A DNA stretch of 63,916 nucleotides, counting the filler. It is 7 parts of 7 records of this genome, joined end to end, with 100 filler letters (N's around TTAATTAATTAA, not from the genome) between each part and the next. Parts side by side here need not be neighbours in the genome. Positions count along the whole stretch, not along the records: positions 1 to 9,121 come from SRR20825010_1289; 6 more parts are not named here. The stretch is one strand, 5' to 3'. The notes under the pieces were generated by a model. It saw nothing but the letters and a program-made list of their open reading frames with translations. It did not search any database and had not been told where the DNA came from. Shown in pieces: positions 1 to 8,566 of the stretch. The translations under genes were made by a program, and so were the position numbers. Position 1 is the first letter of the stretch; each line of letters opens with the position of its first letter.

Positions 1-119
1 TGATCCGGAAATCCGGGACGGAGCCGTTGATCCGGGTCATGGCCGAAGGCGCGGACGAAAAGCTCGTCGCGGATGTAGTTGACGATATTGCACGGGAGAT
101 CGAACGTGCCGCAGGGTGA
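1..119 (+). CDS. glmM: Phosphoglucosamine mutase, 3' end (partial)
   Basis: Frame from nt 3 reads [16 protein letters not shown]...IERAAG*, the GlmM C-terminal motif; lies directly upstream of thiD. Confidence 0.88.
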   Translation, partial: IRKSGTEPLIRVMAEGADEKLVADVVDDIAREIERAAG

Positions 120-138
120 CGCAACAGACGCTGGCGAA

Positions 139-951
139 ATGCGTCCGATGAAGGGGCGCGTCCTGATTTGTGCCGGCTCCGATTCCGGCGGCGGCGCGGG
201 TATTCAGGCGGATATCAAGGCGGTTACCGCGCTGGGCGGTTTCGCCATGACCGCGATCACCGCCCTGACAGCGCAAAATACCGAGGGCGTGCATGGCGTC
301 TATGACGTGCATGAGGAATTCATCGCCAAGCAGATAGAGCTGGTGCTGAAGGATCTTGGCGCGGACTGCATCAAGACCGGCATGCTGCATTCGATCCCGG
401 TGATCGAGACCGTGCACAAGGCACTGGTAGAGCTGGCGCCGGATACGCCTCTGGTGGTTGACCCAGTGATGGTCGCCAAGGGTGGTCACCCTCTGCTGGA
501 GTCGCAGGCGCTAAACGCGATGAAGCGCCGGATGGTGGCGCGGGCGACCATCCTGACCCCGAACATCCCGGAGGCCGCGCTGCTGACGGGGACTGAAATC
601 AACACCCGGGACGACATGCTGAAGGCGGGTGAAATCCTGCTCAAGCTTGGCCCGAAGCACGTCCTGATGAAGGGCGGGCATATGGAAGGCGACGAGCTGG
701 TCGATATCCTGGTGTCGGCGGATGCCGAACCCGTCTCCTTCAACTCGGAGCGGATCGATACGCCTCATACCCACGGCACCGGCTGCACCACGGCATCGGC
801 AATCGCCGCCGGGCTGGCGCAGGGTCTCTCCGTGGAAAACGCTGTCAGCCGGGCGCGGGATTATGTGCGCAAGGCTATTCTGAGCGCGCCGGGCTATGGC
901 CATGGGCACGGCCCGCTCAATCATGCCCATACGGTGCGGGCAGAGGTCTGA
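139..951 (+). CDS. thiD: Hydroxymethylpyrimidine/phosphomethylpyrimidine kinase
   Basis: AGSDSGGGAGIQADIK, DPVMVAKGG, TPN and HTHGTGC motifs; start at ATG 139 or 148. Confidence 0.95.
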   Translation: MRPMKGRVLICAGSDSGGGAGIQADIKAVTALGGFAMTAITALTAQNTEGVHGVYDVHEEFIAKQIELVLKDLGADCIKTGMLHSIPVIETVHKALVELAPDTPLVVDPVMVAKGGHPLLESQALNAMKRRMVARATILTPNIPEAALLTGTEINTRDDMLKAGEILLKLGPKHVLMKGGHMEGDELVDILVSADAEPVSFNSERIDTPHTHGTGCTTASAIAAGLAQGLSVENAVSRARDYVRKAILSAPGYGHGHGPLNHAHTVRAEV

Positions 952-955
952 AGGG

Positions 956-1189
956 CTAATCGGACCGGGCACCACCTTCCCGGACGTTTTCCATCAGCTC
1001 TTCCGCGGGCCATTCGGACCCGCATGACGGACAAATGACGATGGGATATCCGGTTGTATGCTGGAACAGGCTGCTGCCGACTGGCTTGGTGCTGTAGAAG
1101 CATCCCGGGTCCGAATCGCATTCGAGCACGATCGTGATCCGTTTGACCTCCGACCACGCATAATCGTCGATGGGCATCCTTTTCTTCAT
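956..1189 (-). CDS. Small Cys-containing hypothetical protein, possible Zn ribbon
   Basis: 77 aa from MKKRMP; C-x5-C and CPSCG; fills the gap convergent with thiD. Confidence 0.45.
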   Translation of the reverse strand: MKKRMPIDDYAWSEVKRITIVLECDSDPGCFYSTKPVGSSLFQHTTGYPIVICPSCGSEWPAEELMENVREGGARSD

Positions 1190-1294
1190 TTTATTTCCGC
1201 GTGTTTTCAGGTCCAGCCGGGATCCGGGATGCTGGTTGGGCAAGCCTGATCTTGAGTTTCGAATTGGGGCCTTCTAAGCTTGCATTCAAGGCAC

Positions 1295-1418
1295 GCCCGA
1301 GCCTCCCCCCTCCGTAGGGAAAGCATCCGACATGTTGGGCTTTGATCTTTTCGGACCCACTGTTCGGGCATGCGCATAAGGAGGGATTGCGACAGACGCT
1401 CGCATCAGGAGGTTCCCG
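1295..1418 (+). promoter_or_regulatory. Structured cis-regulatory RNA leader (sul1-motif-like candidate)
   Basis: Nested complementary segments: GAGCCTCC 1299-1306 with GGAGGTTC 1408-1415 (the RBS); CCCTCC 1308-1313 with GGAGGG 1380-1385; CCGACA..TGGG with CCCA..TGTTCGG around a TTCG; TGCGA 1388-1392 with TCGCA 1400-1404. Confidence 0.6.
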
Positions 1419-2129
1419 ATGAGATTCTCTCATCCTATTTTCCGTCTCAAACGCCAGGCCCGTCTGCTGTCCCGCGAAGCCGGTATTCCGCTGAACAAGG
1501 CGCTCGACCGTATCGCGGCCGCCGAAGGTTTCAAAAGCTGGAGCCATCTCGCCGCCAATGCATCCACCGGGAGACCGGCCGGCGCCATGCTGGCACAACT
1601 CTCTCCCGGCGATCTTGTCCTGCTTGGGGCTCGGCCGGGGCACGGTAAGACGTTGCTCGGTCTTGAACTGCTCGCGGAAGCGACGAAGGCCGGGCGGCAC
1701 GGCTTCTTCTTCACGCTGGATTACAGCGATGCGGACGTTATCGACCGTGTCCGTGCGATCGGCATCGAGCCCGGGGCGATCTCATCCAGCATCACGCTGG
1801 ATACATCGGACGGAATCTGCGCCGATCACATCATTGCGGAGATGCAGGTGGCCCCGCCCCACAGCGTGGCCGTGGTTGATTATCTGCAGCTGCTGGATCA
1901 GAGGCGCCAGAACCCCGAACTCGCCGAACAGGTCGCCACGTTGAAGGCTTTCGTGCAATCGGCGGGTCACATCGTGGTGCTGATTTCGCAGATAGACCGG
2001 GCTTACGATCCGGGGGCAAAGCCGTTGCCGGATCTGACGGATGTGCGTCTGCCGAACCCGGTCGATCTCTCTCTGTTCAGCAAGAGCTGCTTTTTGCATG
2101 ACGGAGAGATCCGGCTGGACGCCGCCTGA
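1419..2129 (+). CDS. Short DnaB/RecA-like P-loop ATPase with N-terminal helical domain (PRK05973-type DNA helicase-like)
   Basis: Walker A GARPGHGKT, Walker B VVDYLQLL, SQIDR; N-terminus LKRQARLLSR..ALDRIAAAEGFKSWSHL; strong AGGAGG RBS. Confidence 0.85.
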   Translation: MRFSHPIFRLKRQARLLSREAGIPLNKALDRIAAAEGFKSWSHLAANASTGRPAGAMLAQLSPGDLVLLGARPGHGKTLLGLELLAEATKAGRHGFFFTLDYSDADVIDRVRAIGIEPGAISSSITLDTSDGICADHIIAEMQVAPPHSVAVVDYLQLLDQRRQNPELAEQVATLKAFVQSAGHIVVLISQIDRAYDPGAKPLPDLTDVRLPNPVDLSLFSKSCFLHDGEIRLDAA

Positions 2130-2131
2130 CG

Positions 2132-3298
2132 CTAGTCGAGCACGAAATCCCGGTTCACCAGGCTGTAGCTGTGGTGGCCGAAAATGCCGCTCGCCGTCAT
2201 TTTTTCGATCTCCTGACGCAGGGTCTCGATGCGGGACGCGTAGGTCGTGCTGCCGATTTCGAGCAGGGCGTTCAGGGGATCGGAGGCGGCGAGCGCTTGC
2301 TCGATCACGCTGCTTTTTGCCCGGCCCTGATGGCGGATATCGGCGACTACGATGCACACTGTATCCTCCGCCCCGTCCAGATCGTAGCGCTGGGCATAAT
2401 ACGCGTATTTCTGCCGTTGCTGTTCGATGGTGAAAGCCACCTGGGTCGCCCGGTTTTCGGGGCTGTTCTCCGCCCAATGGACAAATTTCGCCGCGACGTC
2501 CGCTTCCTGGCTGCAGACGGCATCCGGGTCTGGGTTGAGATAATCCATCAGGCCCTGGCTGCTGCTGCTGTCTTCCAGCTGTACCGTACCGCCCGGTGTC
2601 TTCTGGGCGACGTGACCGTTCAGTAGTGTCAGGTCCGGGAAATAGAACCGGGCCGCATCGAGCAGCAGGAGACGGCGCAGCAGCAGGACGAAATTGTCGT
2701 CCGGTTCATGTGCGGCATCCTGGAAGAAGCCGAAGGTGAAAGCCGCGCGGTCATAGGTGTTGAGGCAGTGGAAGCTGCCCTTGCTCTCGCAGATCGCGGT
2801 CGGGGTGATGATGTCGGCCCAGAAGCCGAACTGTTCCCGGTAGGCGTCCGGTGTGTAGATGTCCGTGCCGGGCGTGGTGTTCATCAGGCCCCGGCGGTTT
2901 TCATAACGGACGTCGCTGCCGACAAAGAATGCGGGGCCATTATTGATCTGTGCCGAATAACGCTGACCGTCGACGCTGACGGATACGGCCGCCGGCTCCG
3001 CGATGTGCTGCTCCTGCCCCGGAATCTCGGTTTTGGCCGATACCTGTTCGGTCGGGCTGTTGGCAAAGGGCATGACGAGAAGCGTGTGCCCGGCATAGTC
3101 CGGCGTGATCGGAACATCAAGAGAGGGGCCCGCTGCCAGCGACTGGGAGACGCGGACGCCGTCGCACCGCACCTCCCAATTGATCCGGGCAAGATCTTCC
3201 GCGCCGGGATTGGGCTGGTTGAAAGCTGTAGCCCGATACCGGGCGCTGCTGCCGACTTCCGCGGTTTCGGGTCCGGCAACGGCTGTGACGAGCAGCAT
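2132..3298 (-). CDS. Hypothetical protein with beta-rich N-terminal domain and lysozyme-like C-terminal domain
   Basis: 388-aa ORF with GGAGG RBS; CESKGSFHCLNTYDRAAFTFGFFQ resembles the lysozyme-superfamily Glu...GxxQ arrangement. Confidence 0.6.
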   Translation of the reverse strand: MLLVTAVAGPETAEVGSSARYRATAFNQPNPGAEDLARINWEVRCDGVRVSQSLAAGPSLDVPITPDYAGHTLLVMPFANSPTEQVSAKTEIPGQEQHIAEPAAVSVSVDGQRYSAQINNGPAFFVGSDVRYENRRGLMNTTPGTDIYTPDAYREQFGFWADIITPTAICESKGSFHCLNTYDRAAFTFGFFQDAAHEPDDNFVLLLRRLLLLDAARFYFPDLTLLNGHVAQKTPGGTVQLEDSSSSQGLMDYLNPDPDAVCSQEADVAAKFVHWAENSPENRATQVAFTIEQQRQKYAYYAQRYDLDGAEDTVCIVVADIRHQGRAKSSVIEQALAASDPLNALLEIGSTTYASRIETLRQEIEKMTASGIFGHHSYSLVNRDFVLD

Positions 3299-3494
3299 GG
3301 CGGCCTCCAGATTTCAGGAAAGGGAGAGGTGGTTGCAAAAATACAACCTTACGACGATTTGGGCGAGTCCCGGATTGTCTGTTTTTCGTCGCGCCGCCGA
3401 TACTTGATGTCGCCCGGGGCATGGAGTTCAGACGAGTCCCGCGTAAGTGTTGTGATAGCAAAAAGAATTCAAGCGCTTTTCTTGTGGAGGCGAC

Positions 3495-4208
3495 ATGGCC
3501 GAGGAAGACGATATCGTTCTGTCCGAACTGGACGACGAAGAGCTAGTGCAGCAGATGCATGACGATCTCTATGACGGTCTGAAAGACGAAGTCGAAGAGG
3601 GCGTCAACATCTTGCTCGGGCGTGGCTGGACACCCTATCGCGTCCTGACAGAGGCCCTGGTAGAGGGCATGCGCATCGTCGGCATCGATTTCCGCGACGG
3701 CATCCTGTTCGTGCCGGAAGTGCTGATGGCCGCCAACTCCATGAAAGCCGGGATGACCATCCTGCGCCCGCTTCTGATCGAAACCGGCGCACCGCGCATG
3801 GGCAAGATGGTGATCGGCACGGTGAAGGGCGATATCCACGATATCGGCAAGAATCTGGTGTCGATGATGATGGAAGGTGCCGGCTTCGAGGTGATCGATA
3901 TCGGGATCAACAACCCGGTCGAGAATTACCTGGCCGCGATCGAGGAGCACAAACCGGACATTCTCGGTATGTCCGCCCTGTTGACCACCACGATGCCCTA
4001 CATGAAGGTCGTCATCGACACCATGAAGGAAAAGGGCATCCGCGACGATTACATCGTTCTGGTCGGCGGGGCGCCGCTGAACGAGGCTTTCGCTGAAAGT
4101 GTCGGCGCCGATGCCTATTGCCGAGATGCGGCGGTTGCCGTCGAGACTGCGAAAAAGATGATCGCCGAGCGCGAGCGCTCCAACTCGGCGGCCATGGGCG
4201 TCAATTGA
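3495..4208 (+). CDS. Stand-alone corrinoid (B12-binding) protein, split methionine synthase/methyltransferase module
   Basis: Cap domain FVPEVLMAA; DxHxxG motif GDIHDIGKNLV; SALLTTT; VGGAP. Confidence 0.92.
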   Translation: MAEEDDIVLSELDDEELVQQMHDDLYDGLKDEVEEGVNILLGRGWTPYRVLTEALVEGMRIVGIDFRDGILFVPEVLMAANSMKAGMTILRPLLIETGAPRMGKMVIGTVKGDIHDIGKNLVSMMMEGAGFEVIDIGINNPVENYLAAIEEHKPDILGMSALLTTTMPYMKVVIDTMKEKGIRDDYIVLVGGAPLNEAFAESVGADAYCRDAAVAVETAKKMIAERERSNSAAMGVN

Positions 4209-4219
4209 GCGGGGCGGCG

Positions 4220-4843
4220 ATGGCCGCCTCGACAATTCCTGAGAGACCGCGGGCGCTTGTAGTTGCCTGCGGTGCTCTCGGCCGGGAGCTGGTCGCGCTG
4301 AAAGAGAGTACCGGCTGGGACGCGCTGGACATCACCTGTCTGCCGGCCATCTGGCACAATCACCCCGAAAAGATCGCCCCCGGTCTGCGGCGCAAGCTGC
4401 AGGCGGCGCATGGCTATGAGCGGGTGTTTGTTGCGTATGGTGATTGCGGCAGCGGCGGTGAGATCGACAAGGTGATCGAGGAATTCGGCGTGGAACGGAT
4501 CGCCGGACCTCATTGCTACCAGTTCTTCATGGGCACGGACGAGTTCACGGCACTGACCGATGACGACCCCGCCTGCTTCTTCCTGACCGATTATCTGGTC
4601 CGGCATTTCGACCGGCTGATCGTCAAGGGCCTCGGCCTCGACCGGTTCCCGGAACTGCGCGACATGTATTTCGGCAATTACACGGCGCTGGTTTACATCG
4701 CCCAGACCGAGGACCCGCGCCTGAAGGCGAAGGCGGAGCAGGCCGCCGAACGGCTTGGCCTTGCTTTCGCGTACCGCTATCGCGGCTATGGCGAGCTGCA
4801 GAGCTTCATCGAAACCGCACATCCCGTGCATACCGGACACTAA
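4220..4843 (+). CDS. DUF1638-domain protein
   Basis: VACGAL, HNHPEKI, YGDCGSGG, GPHCYQFF and YFGNY motifs; usual neighbour of the corrinoid protein. Confidence 0.85.
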   Translation: MAASTIPERPRALVVACGALGRELVALKESTGWDALDITCLPAIWHNHPEKIAPGLRRKLQAAHGYERVFVAYGDCGSGGEIDKVIEEFGVERIAGPHCYQFFMGTDEFTALTDDDPACFFLTDYLVRHFDRLIVKGLGLDRFPELRDMYFGNYTALVYIAQTEDPRLKAKAEQAAERLGLAFAYRYRGYGELQSFIETAHPVHTGH

Positions 4844-4855
4844 CGGAGAGCCGGA

Positions 4856-5164
4856 ATGGCCCATCTCATCATCGTCTATTGGCGCGACATCCCGGCCCAG
4901 GTCATCGCCGAACGCGGCCGGGGCCGCAAGCGCGAGCAGGCCAAGGTCGAGCTGCCCGTGCGCTTCACCCATGCCATCGACATGGCGGCGATGCGGGACG
5001 GCGCGGAGGACGAGGGCGCCTATCTCGAAGGCTGGCGCCGTGCCGACCCGGTGGAGTGCGGCGAGGACCTCGAAGCCGAAGCACAGGCGGCCGCCGATAA
5101 GCTCGAAGCCGAGTATGACGGCACCAAACTGAAGGCGCTGATCGCCAACGGCGGCAACGCCTGA
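4856..5164 (+). CDS. Virulence_fact (CvfA-like) domain small protein
   Basis: IVYWRDIPAQV...RFTHAIDMAAMR...YLEGWR; GGAGAG RBS. Confidence 0.8.
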   Translation: MAHLIIVYWRDIPAQVIAERGRGRKREQAKVELPVRFTHAIDMAAMRDGAEDEGAYLEGWRRADPVECGEDLEAEAQAAADKLEAEYDGTKLKALIANGGNA

Positions 5165-5168
5165 GCCT

Positions 5169-6089
5169 CTATTTCTCGCTCTCGACCAGCCCTTTCACGA
5201 ACAGCCTTTGCAGGAACACCACGACCAGCACCGGCGGCGCCATGGCGATCAGCGCGGCGGTCATGGCGAGGTTCCATTCCGGCACCGCTTCGGGCTGCGG
5301 CATCAGCTTGGCGATGCCGATGACGACCGTCGAATAGGACGGGTCTGTGGTCACCAGCAGCGGCCAGAGAAACTGGTTCCAGCCATAGATAAACAGAATA
5401 ACGCAGAGCGCGGCGATGTTGGTGCGTGACAGAGGCAGCAGGATATCCAGCAGGAAGCGCATCGGCCCGGCCCCGTCGATCTTCGCCGCTTCCGTCATCT
5501 CGTTCGGGATGGTCATGAAGAACTGCCGGAACAGGAAGGTCGCGGTGGCGGAGGCGATCAGCGGGAAGATCAGTCCGGCATAGGAATTCAGCAGGCTGAC
5601 CCTGACATCGAACCGGACCGGCTCACCGGCGATCCAGGAGGCGAGATCGTCCAGCCGCAGCAGCTCGCCGAGCCAGAGGAAGGGCATCAATGCATTCGCC
5701 GCAACCTCATAGGTCGGCACGATGCGGACCTCGATCGGCAGCATCAGTGACATGAAGATGATCCAGAAGGCGGTCATCTTGAAGCGGAAGTCGAAATAGA
5801 CGATGGCGAAGGCGGAGAGGATGGAGATCGCCACCTTGCCCACGGTGATGCCGATGGCCTGTACCGCCGAGTTGAAGAGCTGCAGGCCGAGATCGGCCTT
5901 GCTCCAGACCGTCTGGATATTGATCAGGAACTGGTCGCCGAAGAGCAGGGGCATGGGCAGGCCGTTTACCTGTTCAGGCGTCAGCGTGGCCGCGACAAGG
6001 GCGACATAGATCGGAAATCCGGTCACCAGAATGCCGATGATCAGGAACAGGTGGGTCAGGATGTCGAGGATCGGCGTGCGTTCTGTCAT
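5169..6089 (-). CDS. ugpE: Glycerol-3-phosphate-type ABC transporter permease
   Basis: EAAKIDGAGPMRF EAA loop; FIYGWNQFLWP; FVKGLVESEK C-terminus. Confidence 0.88.
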   Translation of the reverse strand: MTERTPILDILTHLFLIIGILVTGFPIYVALVAATLTPEQVNGLPMPLLFGDQFLINIQTVWSKADLGLQLFNSAVQAIGITVGKVAISILSAFAIVYFDFRFKMTAFWIIFMSLMLPIEVRIVPTYEVAANALMPFLWLGELLRLDDLASWIAGEPVRFDVRVSLLNSYAGLIFPLIASATATFLFRQFFMTIPNEMTEAAKIDGAGPMRFLLDILLPLSRTNIAALCVILFIYGWNQFLWPLLVTTDPSYSTVVIGIAKLMPQPEAVPEWNLAMTAALIAMAPPVLVVVFLQRLFVKGLVESEK

Positions 6090-6093
6090 AGCC

Positions 6094-6981
6094 TTAATCC
6101 GCGTAATGGACGCGCCGCTCAAGGAAGCGGAACTGGAAGATGGTCAGGCTCATGACGACGATCATCAGAATGATCGACTGGGCCGCTGACGCGCTGAGGT
6201 CGAGGCCGATGAAGCCGTCCTGGAAGATCTTGTAGACCAGGATCGTGGTGCCATCGCCGGGCCCGCCGCCGGTGGTCACATGGATGATCCCGAACGTGTC
6301 GAAGAAGGCGTAGACGACGTTCAGCACGATGAGGAAAAACGTGGTCGGCGAGAGTAGCGGCAGGATGATGTCGCGTACCCGGCGCAGCGGCCCGGCCCCG
6401 TCCATGGCGGCGGATTCGATGACCGCACGGGGGATCGCCTGCAGGCCGGCGAGGAAGAAGATGAAATTATAGGCGACCTGCTTCCAGGCGGCGGCGAAGA
6501 CCACCAGCACCATGGCATCGAAGCTGCTGAGCTCCGGGTTCCAGCCCCAGTCGAAAAGCTGCTTCAGGGCAAAGGCAAGGACGCCGGAATGCGGGTCCAG
6601 CGTGAAGGTCCAGAGCGCACCGGCAATGGCGGGCGCCACGGCATAGGGCCAGATCAGCAGGGTCCGGTAGAAGTCGGTCGCCCGCAGCACCCGGTCGGCG
6701 AAGAGCGCGAAGACAAGGCCGAGCCCAAGCGAGAGGGCGGTGGTCGCAAGACTGAAGATCACCGTCACCCGGATGGCTTTGTGATATTCGGGCTGGGTCA
6801 CCATATCGACGAAATTCTCGAACCCGACCCATTCCGCATATCCGCCGAAAGGGGAGGACAGGGTGAAGGCCTGATAAAGCGCCTGTCCGGCCGGCCAGAA
6901 GAAGAACCAGACCAGAATCAGGAGCTGCGGGAAGAGCAGCATATAAGGCAGCCAGTGGCCGTCGAACGTGACCCGTCGCAT
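6094..6981 (-). CDS. ugpA: Glycerol-3-phosphate-type ABC transporter permease
   Basis: FFFWPAGQA, AAAWKQVAYNF, LLSPTTFFL and ERRVHY motifs. Confidence 0.88.
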   Translation of the reverse strand: MRRVTFDGHWLPYMLLFPQLLILVWFFFWPAGQALYQAFTLSSPFGGYAEWVGFENFVDMVTQPEYHKAIRVTVIFSLATTALSLGLGLVFALFADRVLRATDFYRTLLIWPYAVAPAIAGALWTFTLDPHSGVLAFALKQLFDWGWNPELSSFDAMVLVVFAAAWKQVAYNFIFFLAGLQAIPRAVIESAAMDGAGPLRRVRDIILPLLSPTTFFLIVLNVVYAFFDTFGIIHVTTGGGPGDGTTILVYKIFQDGFIGLDLSASAAQSIILMIVVMSLTIFQFRFLERRVHYAD

Positions 6982-7011
6982 GGGGCGCAACCCGGATAGT
7001 TGGAGAAGGGA

Positions 7012-7037
7012 CCGGGGCGGCGGGAAAGCCGCCCCGG
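7012..7037 (-). terminator. Intercistronic hairpin after the solute-binding protein gene
   Basis: 10-bp perfect stem CCGGGGCGGC/GCCGCCCCGG with a 6-nt loop; no U-tract, so probably an mRNA-stabilising hairpin. Confidence 0.55.
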
Positions 7038-7053
7038 GACGTGATGCGGGCTG

Positions 7054-8442
7054 TTATTCGACCAGCATCGGATAGGTGGCTTCGGCCTGCCGCGAGTTCT
7101 GCTTCTCGAACCGGCGCAGGATCTCGTCACCCCGGCGCACCGCGTTGGCGAAGGCCTGCTTGACGGTCTGCTCGTTCGCCCAGACCTTGCGCAACTCGCT
7201 TTCGATGGCGACGTGGATATTGTCGAAATTGCCGAGCCGGGGAACGCGGGCGGCCGGGTGCGGATTATCGCCACCGCGCAGAAGCTGGATTACGGCCAGC
7301 TCCTTGGTCGGGAATTCCTCGTAATACCCGTCGGCCTTCAGCTCGTTGTAGGCCTGCTTGGTGATCGGCACGTAACCGGTTTTCTTGTGCCAGTATTTCT
7401 GGATCTCGACCGAGGTCAGGGAATTGAAGAACGCGACTACGCCTTCATATTCCTCGTCGGAGAAGCCCTTGAGCACATAAAGCGCGGCGCCGCCGATGGT
7501 GGTGTTTACCGGGGTGGTGCCGGCCTCATAGGGCAGGTGCGTGGCTGTCCAGTTAAACTCGTTGCTTTCCATCGTCGCATGGCTGGCGGTGGAGCGGATA
7601 TGGAACAGGCAGTTACCGGCCTGGAAGTTCTTCAGCGCCCCGCTGCCCCAGTCGGTCTGGGATTCGGCACCGAATTCGGCGAGGCCTTCATCGAGCCAGC
7701 GCTTCAGGCGGGTCATATGCTTGAATGCCCAGCCGTCCTCATTGTCGAAGACCAGCCGCGCGCCAAGCCCGTCCACGCCATTGTTCTTGCTGGCATAGAA
7801 CTGCTTCTGCTGGGCCATCGGGTTTTCCATGTCGGCCCACATGCCGGCATAGAAAGCATAGCCACAGGGCTTGCCGCCGCGCGGAACCTCGACGCCGGAG
7901 GCCTGCAGCGTGCGGATCTGCGCTTCCATGTCCTGATAGGTTTTCGGCAGTTCGGTCAGACCGGCCGCGTCGAACAGATCCTTGTTCACATAAAGGATCG
8001 GCGTCGAGCTGTTGAAGGGCATGCCGAGCAGCTTGTTATTCGGATCGGTATAGGTGTTCACCACCGGCGCCAGATAGTCGTTCTTGTCGAGCGCGACCCC
8101 GTGCTTTGCCATCATTTCTTCCGCCGGGACGATAGCGCCCGAGAGCATCAGGGTGATCACCCCGGTCTCGTTGTTCTGGAAGAAATGCGGCTGTTCGTTC
8201 GCCCGGATGGCGGCGATGGTCTGGGTCAGCAGATGGCGGTAGCGGCCTTTCCAGGTGGCGACCACTTCATACTTGTCCTGGCTTTCGTTGAAGCGTTTGA
8301 CGATCTCGTCCACGCCTTCGCCGAGGCCGCCGCTCATGGCATGCCACCAGTTGATCTTGATCGGCTCGGCGGATGCATCCGCGGCGCCGAAGGTAACGGC
8401 CGCGGCCAGCAGGCCCGCGAACCAGAATTTATTCCGCTTCAT
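7054..8442 (-). CDS. ugpB: ABC transporter solute-binding protein, UgpB-like
   Basis: Signal peptide; WWHAMSG, PFNSSTPILY, IGGAALY and WHKKTGYVP motifs. Confidence 0.85.
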   Translation of the reverse strand: MKRNKFWFAGLLAAAVTFGAADASAEPIKINWWHAMSGGLGEGVDEIVKRFNESQDKYEVVATWKGRYRHLLTQTIAAIRANEQPHFFQNNETGVITLMLSGAIVPAEEMMAKHGVALDKNDYLAPVVNTYTDPNNKLLGMPFNSSTPILYVNKDLFDAAGLTELPKTYQDMEAQIRTLQASGVEVPRGGKPCGYAFYAGMWADMENPMAQQKQFYASKNNGVDGLGARLVFDNEDGWAFKHMTRLKRWLDEGLAEFGAESQTDWGSGALKNFQAGNCLFHIRSTASHATMESNEFNWTATHLPYEAGTTPVNTTIGGAALYVLKGFSDEEYEGVVAFFNSLTSVEIQKYWHKKTGYVPITKQAYNELKADGYYEEFPTKELAVIQLLRGGDNPHPAARVPRLGNFDNIHVAIESELRKVWANEQTVKQAFANAVRRGDEILRRFEKQNSRQAEATYPMLVE

Positions 8443-8566
8443 GACTCAATCTCCCTGAAGTCCAGCGGGCACGAAAATGCCCCCGAATGAGGGTCGCAGA
8501 GCGTCGTGTGCCTGCGGTTGTGGGAATTTGAAGAGCTGGAGTCCTTATCGTGTCAGTTCGGGGACT

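Noticed and set aside
1419-2129. Calling this gene dnaB
   Set aside because: It is about half the length of DnaB and lacks the N-terminal domain and later helicase motifs.
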